Part shown: in pieces, positions 13,265 through 25,950 of the stretch
How the letters are laid out: each line of letters opens with the position of its first letter
How positions within the stretch are numbered: the stretch's first letter is position 1
From: Mobula hypostoma
Taxonomy: Eukaryota
Direction of reading: 5' to 3'
Assembly: GCF_963921235.1 (NCBI RefSeq)
Contig: NC_086097.1
Span: 144,834,001 to 144,898,000, forward strand
DNA: 64,000 nucleotides
Notes under the pieces: model-generated
What the model was told of the DNA's origin: nothing
The model's database searches: none
What the model saw: only the letters and a program-made list of their open reading frames with translations
Made by a program: the position numbers and the translations under genes

Positions 13265-14279
13265 CATAGAAATAGTTAGAAAGTTATCAACATCTCTAAA
13301 GAAAAAAGGTATCACATGAGATTGAGAGCCTGCAAGTAATTAATGTCTAAAACATTAAACTCTGATTTCTCCCATTCAGATATCTCCAGATTACTGAGCA
13401 TTTTCTCTCTTAATTTAAAATAATCGCATTCTGCTTTCCGGCAGATTTCCCTGCACAAAATTATATTTATTACTTCCTGAAAATCATTCAAATTCTTTGC
13501 TTTCTGGTTTGTGCATTAATGGAGGTGGTGAGTTTATGGAAAAAAGAAACATCCTTAATTAGAAATGTTTTTTTTTCATTTTTAAAGTTAGGCAATAAAT
13601 TAAAAGCAGGAAGTCACAACCTCTTTCCAGCCTCATCCTCCCTTCCATGAAGCTGACTTTCCAAATGTAAAATCACATTACATTCAGAAAATAGAAACGT
13701 CTTGCCCTCTACTGGTGAAGCTTGTGCACTATTTTTCTTGTGAACTGTACCCATCTTAGTTTAAGGAATTCCTGCCTTCTTCCAAGGTTCTCTAAGGGTT
13801 AAGGGACAAAGGTACCAGGAACTGGTGGTGACAGTTTGCTCATAATAGCTTGTCAGTCAATTACCCTGGGTGTGGCTGCAAATTTCAGGTTATCTCTCAC
13901 TTCTGAAGTGCTGTTTTATGCAGTCAAGTGGAAAGTGGTTGATCTCAGTTAGAGGAAATGGGATTTCCAAAAGGAATATCAAATCCTCTTTCTTGTTTCA
14001 TCAGTGCAGGAAATCTAACTTCAGTTCCAGTTCCCAGGTCAGTGAACAAAAAATACAGAGGAGAGAAAGAAAGCCTGAAAGGAATTTCAGATGCCAGATT
14101 TCTCTGGTGAATGCTTGTCTTATTGTTTTATACAACTGAAATGGTCAGACTCAAGAACATCATAAAAATAAGGCCTTATTTTCTAAACTAGAAGTTTTAG
14201 TCCATGGGGAAAGATGCCACTGTGGCTCCAAATAATCAGATAGAAGAACTGACAATCAAGTAGTACTTGATTTCAAAGG

Positions 14280-14640
14280 TATGCTCAGTTCAGCGCTGGT
14301 ACTCTTGCCACTGTCAGGGTTAGAGTTGCTGTTTTATTTCTGATGGGATAGCACATTAAGGGCTCAACACAAATTGTCCAGGAAGATCTTGTGGTGCTAT
14401 TCAGTGGAGAACTGGGGAGCACACTGCTTAAGGATACTGGGTTAATCTACATTTCAGAAACAGATTACCGAGTCGTTTATTTCATTTCTATTTGTATGAT
14501 CCTCATATGCATAAATTGGTTGCCATTTTCCTAAAACAATAATTACAAATTCAAATGTGCACTTTGTTATGCAGCCTAGTGCTTTGGGATACCCAGTAAC
14601 CAAGAAAGATGGTATACTAATGCAAATCTTTCATTTATAG
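14280..14640 (+). mobile_element. Ancient Deu-domain SINE (SacSINE1/AmnSINE-like), degenerate
   Basis: AAGATCTTGTGGTGCTATTCAGTGGAGAACTGGGGAG and AAACAGATTA..CATAAATTGGTTGCC blocks, recognised by eye. Confidence 0.45.
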
Positions 14641-14759
14641 ATTAAAATGAAAAAAGGTTTGTGCTTTTGGAGTTACTGCATTTTAGGAAGAAGATAAATT
14701 TCTGGATTGTGAACAACTTTACCAGAGAAATTTACCCATCAGGAATCATATTCCTGATT

Positions 14760-15043
14760 GCGACACAATAGCATAGTGGTCAACACAATGCTTTACAATA
14801 CTGGTGACCCAGGTTCAATTCCCACCACTGCCTGTAAGGAGTCTGTATGTTCTCTCCATAAACCGCATGAGTTTCCTCCGGGTGCTTCAATTTCCTCCTT
14901 CAGTCCAAAGACGTACCAGTTGGTAGGCAAAATGGTCATTGTAAGTTGTCCCGTGATTAAGATCAGATTAAGTCTGACAACTGCTGGGCAGCACAGGTCA
15001 AAGGGCTGAAGGGCTATTCCATGTTGTATCTCAATAAGTAAAT
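14760..15043 (+). mobile_element. tRNA-derived SINE (V-SINE-like)
   Basis: A box TAGCATAGTGG, B box GGTTCAATTCC, body GAGTTTCCTCCGGGTGCTTC, LINE-like tail. Confidence 0.75.
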
Positions 15044-17148
15044 GTTTCCAGACATTAAGCTCCTCCATTTAACCTTCCAGTGAGTATCAGCTCAGTTTAA
15101 TGTATTTAAAATCCTTTATCCAAGAATACTGAATCAAACAATATTTTGCCTCTCTCAGCTTGAATTAGCCAAATATACTAACATTTCTTGTTGTTAAGTG
15201 ACTCCTTGGTAGAATGCCTTCATCTTTCTGAAGTCTGGATTCAGACATAGGCCTGATTATTGATCCCATTTTTACTGTCTTCTGCCAGCAACGAAGACAC
15301 AAGCAGCAGTAGGAAAATTGTCAACTGCAAATTCCATTCTGTATTACATGTTATTCTAATTTGGGCAAGTACCACTATTCAGAGATCAGAATCCTGCATT
15401 TCCCCACCTAATACCTTCATCCAGCCATTACCATCCACAAGCAGTTCAAGAAAAAGCTCAGTGTTGTCTCTGGAGTAACTGAAGATAAATTCTGACTTGC
15501 TGGCAATGATCATTTCCTGATTTTTTTTTTGCTGAGAAATTTTAATTAGTTCAGCAGTTGAACCTATTTTCAACCTAGCAGCAATCAGAGTGAGAGCGAT
15601 TGTGTAGGTACAGGTTTGGGAAACACTATTAATGTACGAGTACACTGGAAGTTGCTGCATTAAGAATATGACAGGGGAATGCGGGGATGAAGAATATAAG
15701 CTTAACCACACCAGTGCATTGGCTTTAGGCACAGAGAGTGCACGAGTATCTTGGACTGCTCGACGGAACCAGACAATGTTCACAGAACTTTACTGCTTAC
15801 ATAACTCGCAGTACACTCGCCTCTGCAAACGCTTAATGTGACAGCATTGAAGGTATTTTCTTCTGTGTGTAGGTTGTGGTGCCTCTGACCTGGGGATTCT
15901 TGACCGACTCTAGAGGAAAATGTATATAAGCCTACCTAAGGTGGGAATGCTTAATCAGGTATTTTGTATGTAACCGCTGCTCTGCCCAATCTTGGGTACT
16001 GGATAAGATCAGACTGTGTGGATGATCTAATTTAAACAATCCTGCTCTGCTCTGAAAATAAAATGGAAGGTGGTAATAGATATCAGAAACTTAAGGCCGT
16101 TCTATTTCAAGCTTATAAATCTCACCACGATGATTCCATTTGAAAAATACTTTTGCCTTGAAAAATCACCAACACCACTGTCAATCTTCTGTATGTTACA
16201 GATTTAGTGTTATCTTGAACTAAATTCTTCAAATGCTTTGAAGAAGTTACTTCTTAGTGGATTTCAACGTTCTAGTTGACAGTACGCAAATCCTGGGTTA
16301 ATTTGCCTCTCAGATAGAGATCCCATGACACAGGACATACTTTTTCCTGGCCAGATTTCTTCCCTCAGATGAAAGTGTTTAAAGATGTTCAGTTCATTAT
16401 TAATTGAGGCATTGTGCTGATCAATTGGTTGCAGCTTTAGTCAGTGTAACAGGCCTGACAGCACTTCAAGCTAATTTATTGCCTGCGAGATGTTCTGATA
16501 CATGCTATTTAAATGCAACCATTAATTTTTTTACTTCTTTACCTCGTATTCAGCTACCTCCCCTCACACAAAATATTTCTAAGCACTTCAAGAGGAAAAG
16601 GAGGTCACATGGGAAAGATTAAAGGGGAGGTGTGGTGTGAAAGGACGGCGTTGGGAGCTGTTTGCAGATTTATTAAAAAGTAGGTTTTCAGGAGACTTTT
16701 TGCAGGAAGTCAGAGAGCAGTAAGGCATCAGCCAGGTACAGAAAGAAAATTCCAAACCGGAATTACTCTCTTAATTCAGGAACTTCAGCTGGAGGCTGCA
16801 AACTTTCCATGCAGTGTCTCTGAGAAAAGGTGAAAAGGTTGGAACTCACTCCCTGCGGAAAACAACAAAACCCTGAGGATGTTTTCACTTCACCATTGCC
16901 TGCCGACCCGATATTTTCTTTGCACGGGGATCAGCTGAGGAAATAAAGCAGAAACAGAGCGGGTGGAATTGATTGTAAGGCTCCATGTTATGAAATTTCA
17001 TCTGTTTCCTACAAGTGCAATGAGATGGAATTTTTCCCACATGCAGAACGTCTGGGAGGGGGCTGGTTGCGAGAAAAGGCACGCACAGGGAGTAATTTTC
17101 CAAGTTGCAACACCAGCCACTGCCCTAATTTCCCGGTATGTGTCTGCC

Positions 17149-17660
17149 TTGGCTTAGTGGTAGCACATTTGTCTCTGAGTCAGAAGATTGTGGGTTAAAG
17201 TATCACTCCAGACATTTAGGCATTTAACATAGGCTAACAGTGTGAGTGCAATACCAAGTGAGTGCTATATTAATGGAAGTGCTGTCTCTTGGATAGGGCA
17301 TCCAACCCAAGTCCTATCTGCACTCTCAGATTCAAAAAAGTCCAATGAACACTTTGGACATGGTTCTCCCTACTTTCCTGGTTAACACATAATGCTCAGC
17401 GGAATTTACCAAACAGAGCTATTATCTAGCTCTTTACTTCATTGATTCTGATGAAAGGACATTATTATAAGAAGAAATATTAATGCTTTCTTTACTCATA
17501 TGACCTGACCTACTAAGCATTTCCAGCATTTTCTATTTCTTTTCCAGATTTTTGCATCATGTATTTTTGGCCATTGTCATTGCCATTCCGCTGCTGTTTA
17601 TTGTGCATAAATTACCTGCTGCACTTACAATGTTCTAACATTGAGAATAACTGAAAGAAC
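17149..17660 (+). mobile_element. Ancient Deu-domain SINE (SacSINE1-like), interrupted by a PLE tail at about 17440-17570
   Basis: Head TGGCTTAGTGGTAGCAC..TCTGAGTCAGAAGATTGTGGGTT followed by a Deu-like body. Confidence 0.6.
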
Positions 17661-17791
17661 CACAATGTTACGGATAACAGCTCTGTTGTAGCAATGGCCT
17701 TGGAGTTTTATCCCAGCTGTAGTGTAGGGTGAGCATTCACTGTAGCTAATTGATATGATTCTACTGAGATTGGATCAAAGGTGGGACAGAG

Positions 17792-17849
17792 CATAGAAAC
17801 GTAGAAAACCTACAGCACAATACAGGCCCTTCGGCCCACAAAGCTGTGC
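17792..17849 (-). mobile_element. Very short CR1 3' end
   Basis: (CATAGAAA)-type tail plus GGCCCTTCGGCC. 48 nt are identical to 59822-59869. Confidence 0.8.
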
Positions 17850-19719
17850 GGAATTTCTTGAGCAATTGCTGTGCTCCATTTGTGGAGATACTTTCTACAT
17901 GCTTGAGTCTTCTGTACTGCCTGGATTTCTTGTTCAAGTCTGGAACAGTACATTAGTGTTAAGGGATGAAGTTCTGTCTTATTCTAGACACACAGGACAT
18001 GCTGTATATTCAGGGACACCCCCATGATTAACTTTAGCAGATGATCAAAAATCCTGGGAAAAACCTCAAAGATTCAAAGAACATTTTTTTTTAGCAAAGT
18101 ATGTATGCTGTATACAACTCTGAGATTCTTCTTCCTACAGACAACCATCAAACAAAATAACACCATGGAACCCATTCAAAGAAAACATCAAACAGCCAAC
18201 ATGCAAAAAAAAAGGAACAAAGTGCACAGATGGCAAAAACAAAATGAGTGAAAAACACATAGAATATGATTTGGAAGGACCCGTGAAGGGTTTTGACCCA
18301 AAATATTGGCAATTCCTTTCTTCCCACAGAGGACCTAGTGAGTTCTTTCAATAGATTGTTTGTTACTCCAGACTCTAGTATCTGCATGCTCTTGTGTCAA
18401 CTAAGTTTCAAACATACCCAGCTTACCCAGTTCAGTTTGATGCACTATAAGCTCACTAATCATCCCAGCAATGAGTCTGTATCATATGCCCAGAATAGCA
18501 CCATAGGGTATGGGATATGATTTTCTTTTCATTTCCCACTCTGACAAAACTTTGTCACCAACAAAACAAACCAGTTCAACTACTTAATAAGCAACAATTT
18601 AACCCTTTTTCTTAGTTCTTAAAAGAGATTATCAAGTCAGAATTCCCTTGGTCTGTTATCAGATCCCATGTAATCTAGTGCAGTCTGTTCCATAGTCAAG
18701 TTGTTAGTTTAATACTTGGAGAAAGAATGTGTGCAAACTGTTCACTCTATCAAAGGCCTGGTTGGCATCCTGTGAACGAACAGTCATCCCACTTGGAGAG
18801 GAGTAGGTTGGTATCAAATCACCTTGCCCAAAGAATCACAGGCAATCCACTAGGGTCACAGAATTTCTCCCATCCTATGTCCATAAGAAGAGCCAATCAG
18901 AGGGCCAAGTGGAGCTGGATTAGTGCAGCATCTATGGTATCACAAAGGTCACAACAGCCCCAGAGCTGACCTGATTTGACACCTGTGAGTAAGTAAAGTA
19001 TTCCTTGGCTCTAGTTAGAAATCAGTCATCTTTTTCACCCAGAAAGGCGTTTCTGATTTACTGTTCTTCTGATACTCTGGAAGCTATGCATCGTAACAAA
19101 GTTTCAGCATTTGTTACCTTGAATTGGCAGTATTATGTCTTTGAAGGTATTGCCCTTTTGTGAGGCCCTGAAACTTCGTTAATGTAGCCATTATACACGT
19201 ATGTATGTTCTCTGCAGCTTACTGCATAGACATAGAGCTACAGCATTGAAGCACTAATTATCCACCCCATAATCTCCACTTTTGCAATGCTCTCGACTGG
19301 AGGCTTGTATTACCTCCTGTGGTTTTGTGTTTATGCAGCTGTCTGTCCATGTGTTATTGTGTGTGTTTATATGAAAGATTGTTGAGAGAGGGAATATATG
19401 AGTATGCACTTATCTGTGTATGTACTGTAGGTGAATATGTGCTTACATATGTTTGTGCATCTGCATGTTTATGTGCCTGTGTGTCCATGGCTCTGTACAT
19501 TGAAATATCAGCCAAACCTAACAGTAATTGACTGTTGCCATAGTGACATAACAGTGTGAGAGTTCTCTTCTTATTGGCTCCAGCTTAGTATGTGTGTTTT
19601 TACAGTCCAATAGAGCCGCTCTCCAGTGTCTATTTCATTTTATATTTTCTGATAAACTCTCAGAGCATTGCAAACCTTCCACCGTCCAACAAGAGTTCCT
19701 TGACTTTTAGCAGTTTCGT

Positions 19720-20125
19720 GACCATTCATTATCATTCAAGAAAGTTGAAAAAATTCAATTTAATTACCACCTTGTCACGTATCTCAGAAAGATACCAAAA
19801 TACCGTATGTGTTGCTACAATATAGGTGAACAGTAAGAGCCCACTAAAATTGACTGAGGGAATGACCCTGGCAAGGTGATATTGGATGGGCGAAGAAGAT
19901 AGTCCAGGACAACTCCTTGTTTTGCTTTAAATAATGCGACTGTATCTTTAATATTCATCTACAACAAGCAGGCAATGTTAGTTTAGCTTTTTATCCAAAG
20001 AACGGCTCCTCTTGATGATTCCTAAATAAGGACTGTCAACCTGGAATATGTGTTGAAGTCCAAGAGTGCATGTTGAAGCCAAACCTTCTGAGTCGGACGC
20101 AAGAGTACTACCCCAGAGCCAAACG
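19720..20125 (-). mobile_element. Ancient Deu-domain SINE (SacSINE1-like)
   Basis: Minus-strand head TGGCTCTGGGGTAGTACTCTTGCGTCCGACTCAGAAGGTTTGGCTTCAA, similar to the head at 17149. Confidence 0.55.
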
Positions 20126-21394
20126 TAACTGAATGATAGGAAAATAACAAAGTACTTTAATCTAATGACGCACAAAGACTTGGTTACGAGCTGGCAGGTT
20201 GACAACTCTGTTCTCCCAGTTGCCACTCTCTTCGTTGTTTTTAGATGGGTGACCAGCCCATCATCTGGGTCCATTGAAAAAGAATGGAAAAGAAGAATAT
20301 GTTCCCTGAACTACATTCAATCCCTGTCATTCTCTTTTCAGCAAGGCATAATTCACACCCAAGCTGGCTATCGTTCTTGCATTTGCAGTAACATTGTGCT
20401 GCATGAGGTCAGCCTTACACAGTTAAGAAACACAATCAGATGGGATCACACTCCTAATGACTTTCCTGTCTCTTATGAATATGCTCATGTGTTACACACG
20501 AGAACCATGACCCCTTTACTATGTTAACTGTAGAGAAAATAGCCACAGAATAAAGGACAAATTTCTGTCCCTGAAGCAGAATAACACTCTTTATCATTAA
20601 TATCTGACAGTATTAGTCATATCATCGAGCGAGAGGAAAGAGGCAGCAACAACCCTGTCCTCAAAGATACTGGAGTTGAGTGAATCCTCTTGCTGGCTGT
20701 TCTCTGTTCCGATAAGTTCATTACGAATGATGAATCCCCATGGGCAGATGAGAGCAACCAACTCACTATCTGAAAAAAAAATCATGGAGCGGTGATGAGA
20801 ACTGGGGTTCTGCCACATTCAGCTAAAGTAAAGCTGCACTGGAGGCACAAGACAGCTACCTGAGAATGGAGAAAAGAATGTGAGTAGAAGATATATATCA
20901 CAAATATTTTTCCTCCTGTTTTCACTAAAATGTCTTTCTTCCAACATTTCCTCTCAAGTTCTTTCAGAGTGAAATGAAAGTAGAAATTGCTAGAAATATC
21001 TTCAGCCCGAGCAACACTGTGGAGAGAGTAAAGGAACTAATGCTTTAGATTAATGACCTTTCATTTTTAGGAACGAGTTCATCCCAGGTTTATCTTTGAG
21101 ACGTTTGGAAAATTTAGACTTTTGCAAATGCAATTCCTTTCCTATTTTGGAGATTTATCTATTAATAGAAAAAGCAAGCCCTTCAATTTTTACACTGCCA
21201 TCACTTTTTGCTTGACTTACTTTTAGTCTTCTTCTGGTGCTGGTATTTATCCTCCTTGCATATAATGCAGGGAGATACAAATTCTGCTGTCATATTTACT
21301 GGAATGCAATGGCCATACATTTTCCATAGCTCCTACCTTCCTCCTAACTTACTAAAACTTACATTATTACTCTTGGTTTTGAAATGTCTCTGAG

Positions 21395-22700
21395 TTAAAG
21401 AACAGCAGGGTGAGCTGCCTCAACATCTGTGCCCAAGTTGCACTCACATCTACTATAATGAAGTGCTTTGAGGCTGGTCATGGCCATAATCAACTCCTGC
21501 CTGAGCAAGGACTTGGAGCTATTGTAATCTCACTGGCTCCACATTCAGTTCTGGGTCACCTGGATCATAGTAATACCCATGTCAGGCTGCTGTTTATTGA
21601 TCACAATGCAGAGTTCAACACAACCATACTCTCATTTCTAACCAACAAGCTCAAAAGTCCTGGGCCTCTGTACCTCCTTAAGCAACTGGATCCTTGACAT
21701 CTTCACTGGGAGACAACAGTCAGTGTGGATCTCCTCACTGACAATCAACACCAGTGCACCTCAAGGATGCGTACTTAGCCCACTGCTCTACTTTCTCTAC
21801 ACTCACAATTGTGTGGCTGGGCACAGCTCAAACAGAATTATAAATTTGTTGATAACACAATTATTGTTGGCGGAATTTCAGGTGGTGATGAGGAGGCATA
21901 CAGGAGCGAGATAGATCAGCTGGTTGAGTGGTATGGCAACAACAGCCTTGCACTCATCATCAGTAAGACCAAGGGAATTGGTTGTGGACTTCAGGAAGGA
22001 GAAATCAAGGGAACACAAACCAGTCCTTATCGAGGTATCAGAAGTGGAAAGGGTGAGCAGTTTCAAGTTCCGGGTTGTCAACATCTTGGAAGTTCTATCC
22101 TGGGTCCAACATATTGTTGCAATTCCAAAAAAAGCACGACAGCGGCTATATTTCATTAGGTATTTGAGGAGACTCAGTATGTCACCAAAGGCACTCGCAA
22201 ATTTCTACAGATGTACCGTGGAGAGCATTCTAACTGGTTGCATCACCATCTGGTATGGAGGGGGCCATGGCACAAGTTCAAAAAAAGTTGCAGGAAGTTG
22301 TAAACTCAACCAGCTCCATCATGGGCAGTAGCATGCCTAGTATTGAGGAAACCTTCAAAAGGCACTGCCTCAAGAATGCGAAATCCATCATTAAGGACAT
22401 CCATCATGCAGGACGTGCCCTCTTCTCATTACTACCATCAAGGATTAGGTATATATAGGAGCTTGAAGACACACACTTAAAGTTTCAGGAAAGTTTCTTC
22501 CCTTCCACTGCCAGATTTCTGAATAGACAATGAACACTACCTCACTATGTTTTTAGCTCTCTTTTTGCACTATATACTTCATTTAATTTTAATGTCTATT
22601 TCTTATTGTAATTTCTAGATTTTTTATTATTATGTATTGCAATGCGCTGCTACCGCAAAACAACTTTTGCAATGTATACCAGTGATATTAAACCTGTTTC
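21395..22700 (+). mobile_element. Rex1/Babar LINE, RT 3' half
   Basis: [65 protein letters not shown]. Confidence 0.9.
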
Positions 22701-24720
22701 TTATGCTGGCACTGATTCACCCAGGGCTTCAGTGTTTCATTGCGATGTCCTTCTGCTGGCCCTGGTTGTATGTACAGCATCTGTCAGAGCATGTGATCGA
22801 TCTGCCTATTCCATTCTGGTTCATTTGTTTTGTTTTTCGTGCAGGAAGCGAGATTTCGGAGTTTGTTCATTTTTCCGTGTGTGGATTTTGAGGCTTGATG
22901 ATCACGCTGCTTTTGTTTTCTTTCTTGATTTCATGGCTACCTGGAGAAGAAGGATTTCAAGTTGCATACTTTGATAATAAAATGAAGCCTTGAACCTTTG
23001 AACAGGATAGAACTTGAATATACTGTTGCCTTTCTCTATCAGGCTCCTATGGTCAAGTAATCTGCAACAACTCCCTGGAGAAGTGACAGATGAGCAAAGA
23101 TATTGACAGTATTCTGAAATGGGACTTTGTACTAGGTTCAATAGCTTCAGGGTTAAGAACCTTTCATTCGATGAAGCCAGGATTATATGTTGTTTGTCTG
23201 AGATTCTTGTTGGGACATGATTTTCGTCTGCTGTTAGGTTCATCTATTTCTCCAGGCAGAGTTGATTGCACCTCTTAACCCCTCGTAGTCTTACATTCAA
23301 GTACAAAACAGGCCTGTGTTTTTGTAACTAGCCATCCACAGGGACCATAAAAAGAATGCAGATACATTGCTCTCCAATATTAAAAATTAAGAGGTGCTTA
23401 AGAGAGCAGAAAGGAAAAAAACTGTAAGTTCAGTTGCTAGAGGATAGAATTAAGATAAATAACAAATTGATTATGAAAAAGACGAGCAAAAATCTTTTGT
23501 GCACGATCTTCAATGCAGTGTCTGAAATAGAGGTGGGAACAGCTCCAATAATTTTTTTTAAATGGACAAGACGCACATTTGAATGGGGAAACCAGGCTAT
23601 CTGTATAGGAGTAGGGGCGTTGGAAAATGCTGAGTTCTTTCTAGCGATTAGCAAGGGCACAGTAGAATACATGGCCACTTTCTGTGCCTTGAGCTAAGAT
23701 ACCAGGAAGAGGAAAAAGCTGTACATAAAAGAGTTGTACTCAGGATTATTATAGGAAAAAAATAGCAGTTCATTCTTTACACCAACCTCCTGCAGCAGGC
23801 TATCAACAATAGCCAGATGTACATGTTTAAGGACCCAGCTCAGCATATGTATTTTCCATTAAGCTCTACAAACAACAAGTGCAGTGCTCTGTCTCTGTGG
23901 GGATTCAGCTGTTCCTGAATCACTTGTCCATCCCAGTCTGGCTGTAATGTGGAATGTATAAATTGTTTCAAAATGATCAAGTGGAAATCTGAAGGAGATA
24001 TTTATTTTGTTTTAATTGGTAGAATTTGTGAACCCTTTTGAACCCTTTAAAGAGCTGAAGGGATACTTCAACTCCAAAACAAGCTGGAGCAGTGCCAGAC
24101 AGTGATTCCTTTCCCTCTGAATTCCTTCCCTCTCACTCTTCTCTCTCTCACACATAACAAGCTGGCAAGGGGCCAATCCATAGTGAGGCCTTTCCTGAAG
24201 AGCTGGATCACACTCATTTCATGGTGAGAGCTATTTGTAGGCCTCACTCATTGTCTTTGTGCCTTTCCTGTCTCAAATAATTAAGTTGTACAGAGGTCAA
24301 TCTACACTGAGTCTTTTGGTCTTAATAACGTGCTGATCTGTGGCCAGGTTATGATGAAAAGATATCTTGGGCATAAAATTCAGATCTGTGGCATGAATGT
24401 TTGGGGCTTTACAGCTGCTACTTCAGTTCATTGGAAGCCGTGTTGAATGCTTCTAGTGCAGTGTGGGAAAATCCTGGAGTTCACTCTCCTCCCCAATAAA
24501 CCATCAATATGTCTTTTTCTATTTTTAAATGGGTTCAGTGTCTTGTAGCAGCCACATTATATCCATCCTGCTGTGGCGGAGGGTCACTTTAAGCAGTGCT
24601 AGATTTTTATAGTCAAGGGTCTCCAGATAGGAGTGTAACCAATGAACAACAGAGTCAATACTAACAGCACAATACATCACCACGCTGACTTTAGCCTGAA
24701 ATTGGTATGGTTCCTCCATC

Positions 24721-25950
24721 AAAGTCAAAGTTGAGTTTATTGTCATATACACAGTAGATGTATACACATTCAAATGAAAAGCTTACTTGCAGAAGTATTA
24801 CAGCCACCTTGCATCAGGTAAGCAGCTTCACAAAAATAATCCATAAATTATACACAACTTTTATGAGAAAGAGCACAATTAGAACAAACAAAAACACAAA
24901 TCAGAACCAGAATCAGGTTCATTGTCACCGGTATGTGATGTGTAATTTGTTAACTTAGCAGCAGCAGTTCAATGCAATACATAATCCAGTAGAGAGAAAA
25001 AATAAATAAATAAACAAGTAAATCAATTATGTATATTGAATAGATTTTAAAAAGTTCAAAAACAGATACTATATATTAAAAAAAAGCGAGGTAGTGTCCA
25101 AAGATTCAATGTCCATTTAGGAATCGGATGGCAGAGGGGAAGAAGCTGTTCCTGAATCGCTGAGTGTGTGCCTTCAGGCTTCTGTACCTCCTGCCTGATG
25201 GTAACAGTGAGAAAAGGGCATGCCCTGGGTGCTGGAGGTCCTTAATAATGGACACTGACTTTCTGAGACACCGCTCCCTGAAGATGTCCTGGGTACTTTG
25301 TAGGTTAGTACCCAAGATGGACCTGACTAGATTTACAACCTTCTGCAGCTTCTTTCAGTCGTGTGCATTAGCCCTTCCATACCAGACAGTGATGCAGCCT
25401 GTCAGAATGCTCTCCACGGTACAACTATAGAAGTTTTTGAGTGTATTTGTTGACATGCCAAATCTCTTCAAACTCCTAATAAAGTATAGCCGCTGTCTTG
25501 TCTTCTTTATAACTACATCGATATGGTGGGACAAGGTTAGATCCTCAGAGATCTTGACACCCAGGAACTTGAAACTGCTCACTCTCTCCACTTCTGAACC
25601 CTCTGTGAGGATTGGTATGTGTTCCTTCATTTTACCCTTCCTGAAGTCCACAATCAGCTCTTTCGTCTTACTGACGTTGAGTGCCAGGTTGTTACTGCGG
25701 CACCACTCCACTAGTTGGCATATCTCACTCCTGTACACCCTCTCATCACCACCTGAGATTCTACCAACAATGGTTGTAATCGTCAGCAAATTTATAGATG
25801 GTATTTGAGTTATGCCTAGCCATATAGAGAGTACAGCAGTGGGCTAAGCACACACCACTGAGGTGCACCAGTGTTGACTGTCAGTGAGGAGGATATGTTA
25901 TCACCAATCCGCACAGATTGTGGTCTTCCGGTTAGAGAATCGAGGATCCA
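24721..25950 (-). mobile_element. Rex1/Babar LINE 3' part (two stacked 3' tails)
   Basis: WCRSNNLALNVSKTKELIVDFRK..RQRLYF and HPGHALFSLLPSGRRYRSL..RFRNSFFPSAIRFLN. Short-repeat tails at 24721 and 24901. Confidence 0.92.

Noticed and set aside
15632..15841. 69-aa ORF in unique sequence
   Set aside because: No recognisable domain, and the length is within chance expectation.
19319..19531. Cys/Val-rich ORF
   Set aside because: Translation of a decayed TG-rich low-complexity tract.
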